Below are positions 11,960 to 24,900 of a stretch of DNA of 64,000 nt, in pieces. The notes under the pieces are model-generated. The model was not told where the DNA came from and made no database searches. It was given only the letters and a program-made list of their open reading frames with translations. This stretch comes from Eledone cirrhosa (Eukaryota), in assembly GCA_964016885.1 (NCBI GenBank), contig OZ024746.1, positions 44,392,001 through 44,456,000 of the forward strand. The letters are read 5' to 3'. A program made the position numbers and the translations under genes. Each line of letters starts with the position of its first letter. The stretch's first letter is position 1.

Positions 11960-13146
11960 TGAATTTTTCTCTGTTCAGGATTTATATTCCTGTTGGTGTT
12001 CGCTTGATGAACTTTTGGTCGTGATATTATATTTGGTTTCGTTATGTATTTTGTCCTATTTTTGGTATTCTGTATATTATTTTTCTTCCTGTTAGCATTA
12101 TTTTTAACAATCTGGGAAAATGACCTAGGTTTGCTTTCAGGTTTAGATCGTTTTTTCGTCCAGTTTCTTGTGGGCAATCTCTGTTGAGATCTTGAGAGTG
12201 ATCTGGTTATTCTACGTTTTGTTTCCACATTCCTTGTTGGTAGTCTCTGTTGAGATCTTGAGAATGATCTCCTGGTTTTACTACTTCTCATGGTCTGGTC
12301 AAAGGAATACCTATCGTGTTTGTGCTTTTTGTTCATGTTGTGTGCGATAGGGTGTTTTTGTAGAAAAAGCGAAGAGTTATTACCGTAGTTCTTCTTTGAT
12401 TCAAGGTAAGGTGAGTGTTTGTGTTGGCACGTGTTCTGGCGTATGTTGTGTTGATGAGATTGTCCACTTTTAATGCTTTTTCTCAGGGTTCCAGAGTCTT
12501 TACCGTAATTTGCAGCATATTCATCGAGAAATAATTGTTTCTGCTGCCATACCTTTCTTGATTTGTTTTCTTCTTTTGAGATATCTCCGATCCATAGTTC
12601 TCGTAGTTTTTCAGCTATAATACCAGTCGTTAGCTTTGAAATTTCAACTTCAATTTGGTCATCAATAGCTTCATATTTGGCTTTGTAGCGGGATTGTTTA
12701 CATTCAGAAATGGAGATGTCGGTCCTGAATTGTGTCAATGGAAGTTCCCATCGGAGTTTTGTTTCTTCTTCTGGTTCTCCTGCAATTTCTGTAATTAGGT
12801 ATTTACGAGGGAGTATGGGTGCCGTTAGAGAGAGCCATTTCGAATGTGTTTCGACATATTTTTCGCATCTGTATGCTTTCCAGAAATTTTCTTTTCTTAT
12901 GTTAAGGAATTTTTTCCATGTCTTAGACATTTCTTTTCTTATTCGATGTGTTTTGTTTTCCAAATTTCTTTCGTTTATTTCTGACATCCAAGGGGGTTGT
13001 GGTAGGCTTTCTCTTGTATCTTTGATAACTGTTGGTATAATTTCAGCTAAATTCTTAATTTCAGAGTTTATATGTTCAGTTATAAGTTTTCCGTCTGTAG
13101 ATTGTTTTTCTATTTCCTTTAAAATAGAGGATTGTGTGTCCATCAT
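11881..13146 (-). CDS. PLE ORF1, about 421 aa, with a helical/coiled-coil-like N-terminal half and a basic Ser/Arg-rich C-terminal half
   Basis: Uninterrupted ORF in AT-rich DNA between the 5' pLTR and the RT ORF. First ATG at 13146 (MMDTQ). Confidence 0.75.
   Translation of the reverse strand: MMDTQSSILKEIEKQSTDGKLITEHINSEIKNLAEIIPTVIKDTRESLPQPPWMSEINERNLENKTHRIRKEMSKTWKKFLNIRKENFWKAYRCEKYVETHSKWLSLTAPILPRKYLITEIAGEPEEETKLRWELPLTQFRTDISISECKQSRYKAKYEAIDDQIEVEISKLTTGIIAEKLRELWIGDISKEENKSRKVWQQKQLFLDEYAANYGKDSGTLRKSIKSGQSHQHNIRQNTCQHKHSPYLESKKNYGNNSSLFLQKHPIAHNMNKKHKHDRYSFDQTMRSSKTRRSFSRSQQRLPTRNVETKRRITRSLSRSQQRLPTRNWTKKRSKPESKPRSFSQIVKNNANRKKNNIQNTKNRTKYITKPNIISRPKVHQANTNRNINPEQRKIHFLTSGQQKPEKEKLQEETYPKQLYT
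11953..11959 (-). promoter_or_regulatory. Candidate -1 ribosomal frameshift slippery heptamer T TTT TTA
   Basis: It is in ORF1 phase (CAT TTT TTA) and lies inside the ORF1/pol overlap of about 95 nt. Pol is in the -1 frame. Confidence 0.7.
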
Positions 13147-13168
13147 TGTGATAAGTGTTGACAGTCGA

Positions 13169-13402
13169 GTGGTGACAGTCGAGTTTGCAATTTTCAACTG
13201 TAATGAGATGGGTAAATTTCCTACCTTTTATACATTTTATACAGAGAAAAGTGGCTCCAGAATGCAAAGCCCTGTAAACTGTATTTCGACCAATCAGTGT
13301 GTAGTTTCACTGAATTACTACAGCTGATTGGTTTAAGCGTCACGGCTGGTTGAGCATGTTAACGACCAATAGTCATATCCAACGTATCAATTGTTTTGCT
13401 TT
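13169..13402 (-). repeat. 5' pseudo-LTR with CCAAT boxes and a TATA-like motif
   Basis: Near-identical to 9281-9514 and, inverted, to about 14288-14520. Contains three ATTGG/CCAAT motifs and tgtataaaatgtataaaag. Confidence 0.8.
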
Positions 13403-14148
13403 TACCAGGTACAAACGCCTAACAGAACTAAGAGAATTTTTGCTCAAACAAAAATACCCATCTCTACTTATAGAAAATGGCATACAGCGGGCTATAAAAA
13501 TACTTATACAACAACTTAGGACAACCCAAGGAAGAAGAAACCAAGAACTGGTCATACCATTTATAATGACACACAACCCATGTCACCAGAATATCTTCAA
13601 CACTGCCAAAGCAAACCTACCGATCATTGCTCAAAGTAATGAATTAAAAGGCTTAATCACAGATCGATCTTTGACTCTTAGTAAAAGACAGCCAAAAAAT
13701 TTGAAGCAATTGCTAACAAAAGCAAAGTTTGACCTTAACAACAAAGACCAATCATTCACTGTATCTAAATGCAATGATAGTCGATGCGGCACATGTCAAT
13801 CCATACACGCCGGTCAATATATGAAAACAAACTGGAAAAATATTCCCAAATGCAAATATGAACTGCAAAAGCAGAAATCTAATTTACTGCATTAAATGCC
13901 CGAATTGTGAAGAACTATATGACGGTCAAACTGGAAATGCACTATCGGAACGTGCACGGGTACACCGTCAACAAATCAGAGACCCAAATGTCCGTCAGAT
14001 ACCCCTAAGAAACCATCTTGCAACATATGGTCAGGGAATATTTATAATATTCCCATTCTACAAATTACACAGCCCAAGTGAAATCAAGAGAAAAATCAAA
14101 GAAAAGAATTTTATTGATAAATTCAAACCCAAGCTAAATGAACAATAA
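13403..14148 (+). pseudogene. Inverted 5'-truncated copy of the PLE thumb/GIY-YIG region
   Basis: Near-identical to 9655-10402, with a 2-bp deletion near 13830 and YVG changed to YDG. Confidence 0.9.
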
Positions 14149-14526
14149 TAACGCTTAGGGGTATTACTTCTACTGCCACTATGACTACGACCACTAACAA
14201 CAACAACAACAATAATAATAATAATAATAAAAGTGATGTTGATGGTGATGATTAATAGAAAATGCTATTTTCATCATTTCTAAAAATAGCAAAACAATTG
14301 ATGCTTTGGATATGATTATTGGTCGTTAGACATGCTCAACCAGCCGTGACGCTTAAACCAATCAGCTTTAGTAATTCAGTGAAACTACACACTGATTGGT
14401 CGAAATACAGTTTACAGGGCTTAGCATTCTGGAGCCACTTTTCTCTGTATAAAATGTATAAAAGGTAGGAAATTTACCCATCTTATTACAGTTGAAAATT
14501 GCAAACTTGACTGTCACCACATATTA

Positions 14527-14565
14527 TGAACCTGAAGATTGCGAAAGCATGAAAGCACTTGTTCA
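14527..14565 (+). ncRNA. Minimal type I hammerhead ribozyme, inverted copy
   Basis: tgaac-CTGAAGA-ttgcgaaagcat-GAAA-gcac-TT-gttca. Confidence 0.8.
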
Positions 14566-15319
14566 ATTAACACTTAGAATTTAATATTCTATCATACTAT
14601 TTCATTATAATACCATTATATATTTTAAAGGATTGTAAATAAAACGAGTAAATCAGACAAAGTTGGAATTCCTCTTATTAATATATATATATATATACAT
14701 ATATATAATCCTTATCCTGCACTCTTCGGATTTTTGCTTCACATTTATTATTACTATATATATATATCAACAGACTTCTTTTAAGAGAATCGAAATCCTG
14801 TTGAAGTGTCCACACTACCCAAATATTCAATATGCTCTACAGCTCGGATGGTTGGCATTCACAGAGATTAGCATAATGTTTTCGGATTTATCTCCCATTC
14901 ATGTCAAATGGTATTTGATATTTATTCTCAATGCTTACAGTTAAACGTAGAGATTTTCAAAGAAATATCCTAACGCAACAAAATTTTAAATAACATGATC
15001 AAATCGATAAGAATAGAAAATAGATTCTCATAATAGATTGAATTTCAACAGTTTGACGGAAGAAACTTTTGATATTTTTCATCCCCCCGCTACGACAAAA
15101 TATTCGACAACATATGATAATCCTAGACTTAATAATACTGCACTCTATGCTATATCGTATACGAATATCTTTTTGACCAGAATGTTAGCCACATGACATT
15201 CAAATTGGTTATTCTGAAATTCTGACGAACAGAAACCTTTTAGATTAAGGGGATGCATTCGCCTTTTCTATCGTATCTGTTCAATGCCAATCCCACCACT
15301 CTCGGTCTCACTCTTTCTC

Positions 15320-15405
15320 TCTCTCTATATATATACAAATAGATTTATATACACACAGATACAGAAACACACGCATACACATACATACACATACACACAG
15401 CCACC

Positions 15406-15484
<79 letters not shown>

Positions 15485-15495
15485 ATATATATACG

Positions 15496-15529
<34 letters not shown>

Positions 15530-15551
15530 CGTATATAAATATATATATATT

Positions 15552-15587
<36 letters not shown>

Positions 15588-15660
15588 CGTATATAAATAT
15601 ATATGTATATTTATATATATGCATATATATATATAAGTGTGGGTGTATGTGTATGTATGC
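15320..15660. repeat. (TA)n/(CA)n compound microsatellite
   Basis: Seen directly in the sequence. Confidence 0.95.
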
Positions 15661-16432
15661 GTAGGTGAGTATATGTGTAGCGCATACAACGTACATGCTC
15701 ACATAGTTTTACACATATACACAAACATGTATGTATTTATACATTTTTGTATACATATATACAACTATTCTCATACCAAATCATCGATGAAACGCGAAAT
15801 CATGAATATATTTATATGGATGTTGTACTTTCTTTTATTTTGCAACTCTTTCTCGTGGGTTTAATATATATCGGTAATGGGTAGAATTGGTCAATATATT
15901 TCATGTTTAACGTTGCGGGCTGTTGACAGATCACATGAAGAATCCTAGATACAAATTGAGTTTCAATTCAGCTGTACAATACCATATGTTGAAAGCACTC
16001 CAGTATAAATTTCAATCCCCCTTAGCATATTTATAGCAATTATATAATCAACACCTAGAGGATGAAAGAAGAGATGATACCGGGTGGTATTCAAGCAAGG
16101 AAACGGTGTAATGAAACGTATAATTTGGAAATTACGCAACTTCACTCCAGGAAACTTACATATTCATAAAAATGTTCAGATTCCATATATTCAAGTCTAT
16201 GTTCACTATTACAAAGTTTTAATATCAGAGGATTATTAATAATTAGAATTAGGTGAATAAAGGATACATACATATATACGTGTATACATACATAATTACA
16301 TACATACATGTCTGTGTATGTATGTATGGTAGATTGTCTCGTGACGACAAATGAGGGTTCAGCAAAGTTTATATATATATACTAGATGATCGGCTGTAAA
16401 GTTTGTATATATATATATATATATATATATTT

Positions 16433-17152
16433 ATTGTTATACTTTGGGAGGGTCATGTTGCCAATAAGAAACACACGCACCAATTGCTTTCACTTCAATT
16501 TATTATAATAAATTTATAATAAATTTATAATAAATTTATAATAAATTTATAAATTTCTGGTTGGTTGGCTGGTTCCACAACCAGATAGTTGTTTATATAT
16601 AGTCATAGTTCTTTCGTCACACACAGGTATACATGTATAGATAAGAAATGTATAACCTGTAAAATAAGCCCCCATATTAACTGTAAAACTAGAAATGTAG
16701 TGTATAGCATAATATGTACTGAAGGACAATGTAGAGACAAAAATATGGTGTACATAGGTGAGACAGCTCGTAGTGTAGGGGAACGGATAAATGAACACCC
16801 GGATGTGGCGCATGCGCAGACTGAGCACACAACACACATACAGAAACAAAATGGCGTAGTACAGAACAATGGAGAGGCACAGAAACAAAGAAAGGAATCC
16901 CCAGTCACTGATGAGGTCACAGGGTGTGTGACGAAAGAACTATGACTATATATAAACAACTATCTGGTTGTGGAACCAACCAACCAACCAGAGATTTATA
17001 AATTTATTATAAATTTATTATAATAAATTGAAGTGAAAGCAACTGGTGCGTGTGTTTCTTATTGGCAACATGACCCTCCCAAAGTATAACAATATCGGTT
17101 TCAACACACGATTTCAGATAAAGAATCTTGCTAAACAAATTCAGAAACGAAA
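16433..17152 (+). mobile_element. Short fold-back PLE with an internally deleted GIY-YIG fragment
   Basis: Arms at about 16433-16624 and 16924-17093. The loop encodes CIDKKCITCK..INCKTRNVVYSIIC...YIGETARSVGERINEH. Tail at 17094-17152. (TA)n flanks. Confidence 0.88.
16903..16947 (+). ncRNA. Type I hammerhead ribozyme
   Basis: agtca-CTGATGA-g-gtcac-agggtgt-gtgac-GAAA-gaac-TA-tgact. Confidence 0.85.
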
Positions 17153-17639
17153 TATATATATATATATATATGTATTAACAAATATTGTATGCGATGTTTG
17201 TTAATACATATACGAGAATTATGATAAAACTAAAATGTTTTAGTTGTATATCGTATTTCATTTTTTCGATTCTGTACACAGGGGCTGAATAAATGTTGCT
17301 GATATTTTTGGGCTTAGCGTTCATCACTAAATTCTTTACACAACGAAATATTTTTTGGTACTGAGAGATATCTCACTCAATTGATAATCTTCTGTGGCTG
17401 TATATTAATGACATATTTCCTTATTCTACTTAAAATGTAAATAATTTCATTTAACTGATATAATAAAACATTTCCAAATATTATTTTGATCTATCGAATT
17501 GTAAATTAAATCAACAAACGTTTTCACTTAACCTCATAACCATGTACTTTGGAGGGTGGCCAGACATCCTACTTTAGTTATTGCTTTGTATATTGTGCTC
17601 TTCGTCCTGCGTTACCTCAAGAAATATGTTAATGTGTCC

Positions 17640-17932
17640 TTCGTTTGGAGGGTTTATAGATGTTATTCAATCATCTCTCTCGGAGTCCACCCCTGGGTTT
17701 CCTGCTGGTTACGCTTGCAAGTAAAGTCCGTACAGTGATTCTTTCCCGAGACATTTTTACCACACGTCCGTAGTATTGGAGCTGTTATCTCTAAAGTCGG
17801 AGACGTAGTGACTCTACCTGAAGTAACTCTGATCTTCGAATTACGCATTCTATCTAATAACGTTACTCCAAAACATTTCAAAGGAACCCTATTTCGTGAT
17901 CGTATTCTAACGGACATTACCCAAGATTCATG
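17640..17932 (-). mobile_element. RTE LINE fragment
   Basis: HESWVMS...FGVTLLDRMRNSKIR, homologous to 3010-3280. Confidence 0.7.
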
Positions 17933-20900
17933 AAAATATCTCAAACTGAAATAGAATTGACATAAAATTGACATAGGAACATAGTTACAATATTTTTGTA
18001 AACTAATATTATCTACTCAGATTTCCAGCACATGGGCACTTGTGTTTCAAACAGTAAATATAGCAGCAGAGGAGAATCACTGCCGATATGTTCAACAATG
18101 GAAAAAATTCATAGATACTGTAGAGGAATATGCCGCTAGCAGTTACGAAAGAAGCAATGAAATACTCTAATGACCCCCCCCCCCCCCCACACACACACAC
18201 ATGTACTTATACAAATAAGCCTTCATCTAGATTTTATTTAACAAATAAATACAATCTTTATTTTCAGATGGTTTGCTCCTGCGACAAACTGAAAGAAGTC
18301 ATTATTCTTCCTATTACTATATCTGCCTATTTCCGCCATTTAAGCAATAGGAAATAATTTTAACAGCTATTTTTGTATCGCCAATTCTCTATAAGAATAA
18401 CTATTTAGTATTCCTGCAAAACAACTTTGGTTAAAAAAAACCTCCATTCTGCAGTCAGAATATTTTAGTTTATTGGGAGAACTTATTTATATTTGAAAAT
18501 AGAATAATTCAGTGACAATTAATACTATGAGTTGCTAAAACAACACCTAAACATAGGTATTCCTTTTTATATGTATTAAGGAAATTAATTTATCGTGCAA
18601 TGTATAATTTTAAACCTTCAAATTTAAGTTTTTTGAAGAATTGGTATAGTAGGTATAATGAAAGACAAAATATATTGTGGCATTGTTTGTGACTATGTGC
18701 TCTGAGTTCAAATCCCACCGGTATCAATTTTTCCTTCATCCTTTCGAAATCAATAAAATGAAATAATAAAATTCTAGTCCAGAGTGATACGTTGTCAGTG
18801 TTGTCAATGCATCCCATGAGATGCCTTGCGCTTCAGATCTTTACGTTCTGAATATTGGATTTTAAACTTAATCCGTGAATATGATTTGGAGACTTTAACG
18901 CTATGTCCTCTATTGCAACCATTCAGTCCGGTGTACACATTGAGCGCAACCTTTTCTCTGTTTTCCTTTCTTTCCTCAAATATGAAGGTTCGTGGGAGTT
19001 TTATCATTCTATAAAGGAGGTTTTCAAATTCTATGAAGGAAGTTTGTTATTCTAGAAGTTTGCATACATTTTATATGGAGTAGTAATCTATATATTTTGA
19101 TAATTAATTATTGAGTGCTATACATACAAGTATAAATAATGTTGATGTACTGATGTTGTAAGATTCGTACGGATCCAGTCTGTATAACTGCAAGTTTCTA
19201 CTGCAGAGTGGCAACACTGCATTATGAACGTAATGGACATTTTGTGAGCATACACTTATGACTTTACAATGATACATGAATGTCCTAGATACAATGCACA
19301 AAAACGAGCTTCCTTAAGACAGAAAGTTTTATAGGACTCAATAACTAACATCACATGATTGTTCAAGACATACCCAAACTTTCAATAAATCTTTCAATAT
19401 TAGAGCAATTGTGGTGAAATGATATCAAATTGAATCTTTTCACACAGATTCTCTTTTAAGGAGTTTAATTAGTTTAAAACTTTTCTGAAATAATTTGATT
19501 TGAATTAACGTTTCTATTTTTTCAAATTTCATTTTAAACACAATAGAGCTAATTACAACTGTGTGAAGACTCTAAAAGGTGATTAAAATTTTTATAAATA
19601 CGTTAATTAATGTGTGAAGATTTCAAAGAATATTCATTTCACAACTACAATTATCTGAACATAACTTGAAAACTGCTAATTTCCTGAAATATATTGAAAC
19701 TTCCTGGAATCATGTTATATTTCATAACTTTTCATTCGTCCCTCGCATAACATATAGAAATTATTTTTCTTTTAGGTACAGATTTATTCCATATAAAAAT
19801 ATTAAAGTATTTTCCAAGCTGCTGCTCAATATTCTAGTCTAGTCGTTTTTTGAATACACACAAGAGTGCATTTGTTATGATGTAGTTGCAGTAAAATTCT
19901 TACATCCTATCTTAAAAAGTATTTAAAAAAGGTGAACAACTTTAAACTTTAGTTCAATACTATGGCACTTGTTCACATACATTTTCGTCGCATGATGTAT
20001 CACGCAATAAAAAAATGAATGCTTGGATTCATTTCTCTAACACTGAAATACCATTCTCATATCTTGTATGGTAATCGATTCTTAGATATAAAATTTAGAA
20101 TGTATGTCTTCCTTCAGAATAATGCGACTTTACTCTTTTCTCCTATGTCATCACCACAGTCATTTAATTTATATAATCGCTGATGCGATTAGATTTCCTA
20201 TTACCTTTGTGTTGGTTCCGTCCAACTTTCAAATTGGAATTGGTTTATTACAAGCATTCATTCCATCAAAAATATAATGTAATAGACTACAGAACTCCTA
20301 TCTTATCAAAGAATTCAACGTTGATTTATGGGGTTGTTATCTCTATATCTAAATTCTTAAATTGACCTGATACCGGTTTGTACGATTCAAATAAGAACTG
20401 TCACCTTCAGTTTAAATATAGATAATCAACTAAATTTGCTATCAATGGGAGAATTATCGAGAGGCAACTATTAGATCGAACAGACAAATCCTAACATCAA
20501 CTGGGAAATGCCACTATTGTATGTTGAGTACTTATTTGCCATCAGAGGTTAATAGTGATGTGACTAAATGAGAGTTTTGTTTCTAATAAAATGAGGTTTT
20601 CCTTGTGCTGCAGCCTTCTTGAAGTAATCCTATTGCAATTTTGCAAATCGTGCAGATTAATGACTAATAATTTATTTGCTTAATACTTTCATTAACCTTT
20701 ATATCTTCTCAATACTAACGAATGTTGAAGTCATGTAACGGTTACTATAATAGGACGCTATAATCAATATGTAGGAGGAGTGATTGTCTCAGTATTCTTC
20801 GATTGTTCTTCCACGGTAATAGCAGTCTGACTGCTACATCGCTCGCATATTGACTACTTTACTACGCTGCTGACATTTGCTATACGATTTTCTATGAACA

Positions 20901-21511
20901 GAAGCAAGTCTATTTTAGAACACCCGAATAATGTCTTATTTAAAACTGTGTTTAATAAAACATAAAACATATAAAAATTGAAAACAAATAGTGCGTAGTT
21001 ATGTCACGCATGACTTCACAATTAAGTATTTCCATCATAAAAGCAAAATCTAGTAGCTTTAGAAAATTTGTTTTGTCATTTTGTATAATTTTTAGGAATG
21101 ATAATGCATTTTTCATTCTTACTCCTGTCACCACATCCTAAAAGTGAACAGTTATTTCATTCATTTATGTGTGTTAAATATTGCTTTAATTATACAAAAG
21201 CAACCGCACAGGAATAATAACAAAACCAACCACAATAATAATAATAATGTTGAAAATAATTTCACAACTATTCCCACCACCAACATCATCAACGGCAACA
21301 CAAGCGATAACATTATCAACAACAACAAAAAACAAAACAAAATTTCTGTCTCTCTCTCACACACCACATACACTCACATACACACAGACGCGCATATTCA
21401 CACACACATACACACACACACAGACAGAAACACACACACACACACAGACACATAACACACACACACACACTAGGCAAAATATTTGGTGGGATGATTAGTC
21501 GAGTAAATTGA

Positions 21512-21636
21512 ACTCAGTACAAGGATGAAAAGCAAATTTGACCTCGGCGGGATTCTGAAATTAGAACTAAAGAGCTAAAACAGATATCCCTATGTATTTT
21601 CTCAAGTACTTTAATGATTCTGCAAATACCTTGCCA
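21512..21636 (-). mobile_element. Degenerate SINE
   Basis: aaggatgaaaagcaaatttgacctcggcgggatt matches the SINE core. Confidence 0.6.
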
Positions 21637-21637
21637 C

Positions 21638-21687
<50 letters not shown>

Positions 21688-21947
21688 TTTCTTTATTAAC
21701 CACAAGGGTTTACATAAAGTAGACATTAAGGACAGTGCAGGACAATGCAGGACGGTACAAATGGGCATTTCTGCGTGTAAAAAAACAAAAACAGAGGATG
21801 TAACAAAAATAACAATGAAAATAACAATGAAAAATTCCCCAATAGGGGGGAGACTTCGGAGGGACATTTGTGGAGAAAGCCCAGTAAAAAGCCACAATGA
21901 CCCTGACCACCAAGGCAAGTGCCCTCTCCCAGTTTTCCACCTTTAGT

Positions 21948-24900
21948 TTACAGATATATACTCAGAGTCGGCCCATTCACTCGGGCCATTCTTGCTTCTC
22001 TCACCCATCTTTCAACAAAATGCTGGGAAGAGAGGACTTCCTTCTCTACTCTGATTTTCCTTTTCAAATGAAATTTGAAAAAGTCAATCAGAGCATCACC
22101 GAAGAGGTAAGTGCTCGTCTTCAGCCCTTTCAAACGTGTCCACCATACTATCTCTTTCGCCATGGCCACCAGACAGATAAAAACTGCCTGCCCTTCCCGG
22201 CTAAAGGAGGAGGGCGGGGCAATCCTCACGATAGACTCAGATGATAGCTGGATCCGTCCTAAACGCGACAGCAGGTGTTCGACATAAACCCACAAGTCAG
22301 CAATTTTCGGACACTGGACGAGTGCGTGCAGGACGGTTTCGTCGCCCTGCGCGCATCTCGGACATGCCCGGCTGACGGCACCTCCATGCCTGTAGAGTTT
22401 ATCCCGAACTGGCAAGGCTCCTCGGTAGCACTGCCAGGCCAGAGATTTCTGGAAGTTGTCCATAGGCCCTGGCCCGAAAGTTCTTCCGAAGAGATTGGCT
22501 AGTTGATTTTCGTCGACGCCTAGAGTTTCCCCAAGTACGTCGTCGCTCTTCCCCTCCACTAATCCTCTATAGAACGCCGAGGTGGAGTTTCCACCGATCA
22601 CATTGCCCGATTGGTCGAGGGCTGTGAGCGCCTGAAGACATTCCAGTCTCCAGGCGCTCCCTCTCGGTCTTCGCTTGACCCAGGACTGCAGCTCCGTCAA
22701 GGAAACGAGCTGGGGAAAAACGCGTCTAGCAAACGGCGACCACACCTGATCACCGTCGAGGAAGAGGTGGAGATGTCGTAGCCTGAGCGCGTGCCTGCGC
22801 ATCATCAGCCACGGCATGCCCAGCCCTCCACGTAGCGGGTGTTGACAACAGATGGACCGCCTGACCATCGGAGCACGTCCCTTCCACAAAAAGCGAAAGA
22901 GCAAACGCTCCAGCGCAGTCAGGCGAGGCTTAGGACAAGGTACGACGGTTAGGCGGTAGCAGATGACAGACGCGATGTACGCGTTAGCCACCTCCGCTCG
23001 ACCTTTCAGGGATAGCTTCCTCTCCGCCCATTTCTGGGTGAGAGAAGCCACCCTGCTCGTCACCTCGTCCCAGTTTTTGTCCGTCTGGAGGTCCGGACCG
23101 AACCAGACCCCTAGCAATTTAACCGGTCCGTCCGTCCAGCGCCCGACGACGCTGTTGGACGGCATGGACCTGCCTCTCCAGGTGCCGAGCTGCAGGCCCA
23201 CTGACTTTTCCTGGTTGATCATTGCTCCTGTCACCGCTTCGTATTCTCTTAGTGTAGTGCCGATCGCCTCGATGTGTTTGGCGTTCGACACCACTACGGT
23301 GACATCGTCGGCATATGCTGACACGGATCTTCCGCATCCTAGTTCGCGCGGGACTCCCCTCAACGTCTCCAGTTTGTGCAGTAATGGCTCGAGAGTCAAT
23401 ACGTACAAGAGGGACGAGAGGGGACATCCTTGGCGGACCGAGCGCATGATGTTGAACGGTTCCGACAGGTGACCGTTCACTCTCACCACAGAGCAGATGT
23501 CGCTGTGCATGGCAGCGATCCAGCCTCTGAAGACGGGCCCAAAGCCAGCCGCCCTCAGGACTGCCGCTAGGTAACGATGGTCGACCCTATCGAAAGCTTT
23601 CGACTGATCTAAATTGATCAAGGACCCACCCGTGCCAGGTTCCCTAGCTACCCTCTCTACGATGTATCGCATGAGGTGGAGGTTGTCGTGGATGGATCTG
23701 TCGGGGATGGCGCATGTCTGCGCCTCTCCCACCAGACCACCAACGACAAGCGCCAACCTCTTTGCTAGCACCTTGGCCAAAATCTTAAACTCTGTGTTTA
23801 GCAGAGTTATGGGCCGGAAATTGTCTATGTTATCCCCCTTGTTCGGATCCTTTCTCAGCAGTGCCACCGCTCCTCGGCTCACAGAACTGGGAATTCTCCC
23901 GTTCTGTTGCCAGTTGCAGTAGACGTCCGCCAAGAGGCCTCCGAACAAGTCTGGCATCTGTACGTAAAGTTCATAGGGCAGACCATCCAAACCAGGCGAT
24001 TTACCCCTTGTGCAGCCAGTCATTGCCTCCCGTATTTCAGCGGCTGTTATCGGCTTTTCGCAACACCTCGCCTCAGTGGCCGAGAGCCGCGGCAGTCCGT
24101 CGAGGTAGACACTAAAGTCCATCCCTCTACCCGGCCCCCCGCTGCCCCCGAACAGCTGAGCGAAGTGTCGCTGAAAAGCTTCACACATTTGCCCGGGATC
24201 GAGTAGCATGCGCCCGTCGTGGTCCACCAAAGACCGGATCGTGGCTTTGTTGCCACGACGCGCCTCCGCCACTCGGGCCCATTGAACGGCTTTCGTCCCC
24301 TCGTGTCTGAGAGCACGCACCCTAGCTCTGACAACGCAGCCTTCGTGCTTTGCATTGAAGAATTGGTCAAGGGCCAATTTCGCCGCAAGCACGTCGGTCG
24401 CAATGCCTTTGCTAAGCGCCTCGTCTAATTTTCTAACTAGTTCTCCCTCTGCTCTATTTTTCTCTATTGCTAAAGCCTTACTAAACCTAATCGATTCTAT
24501 TCTAATCGCTCTTTTCAGAGCAAACCACCACTTGTTGTTGACGATGGCCCCCGTCAACGCCCGCTTAACTAGTTCGCTAATCCGGTCTCTGTAGGCCTTG
24601 CGCGCTGGTAAGGACGCGTTTAGCTTCCAGTAGCCGGGTCCTCGTCTATGAAGCCTATCTAAGTCAAGCACACAGGTCACGAATTTGTGGTCCGTGTAGC
24701 TGACTATCTTGAATTGTGGACAGCCTATGCTAGACCTATCTATTTCCCTACAAAATACTCTATCTAGATATGATCTGGATGACCCTATGCGGTTTGTCCA
24801 AGTCCACATTGGCACATTCGGGAAATCCAATCGGTACCTGTCAGACAGTTCAAAACGCCTGAGCAGGTTGGTGAGGCTCTTGCACCCTCCACCCCTATCC

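Larger units (their letters stand above)
9071..14682 (-). mobile_element. Near-full-length Penelope-like retroelement (Neptune-like) with direct pLTRs and an upstream inverted partial copy
   Basis: RT and GIY-YIG ORFs. 234-bp direct repeats at 9281-9514 and 13169-13402. Inverted repeats of about 1.28 kb at 9116-10402 and 13403-14682. One-sided tail at 9071-9115. (TA)n flanks. Confidence 0.92.

Noticed and set aside
13198-13224. GT..AG mini-intron in the pLTR (minus strand, aag|gtagga...ttacag)
   Set aside because: Only 27 nt long, too short to call without RNA evidence.
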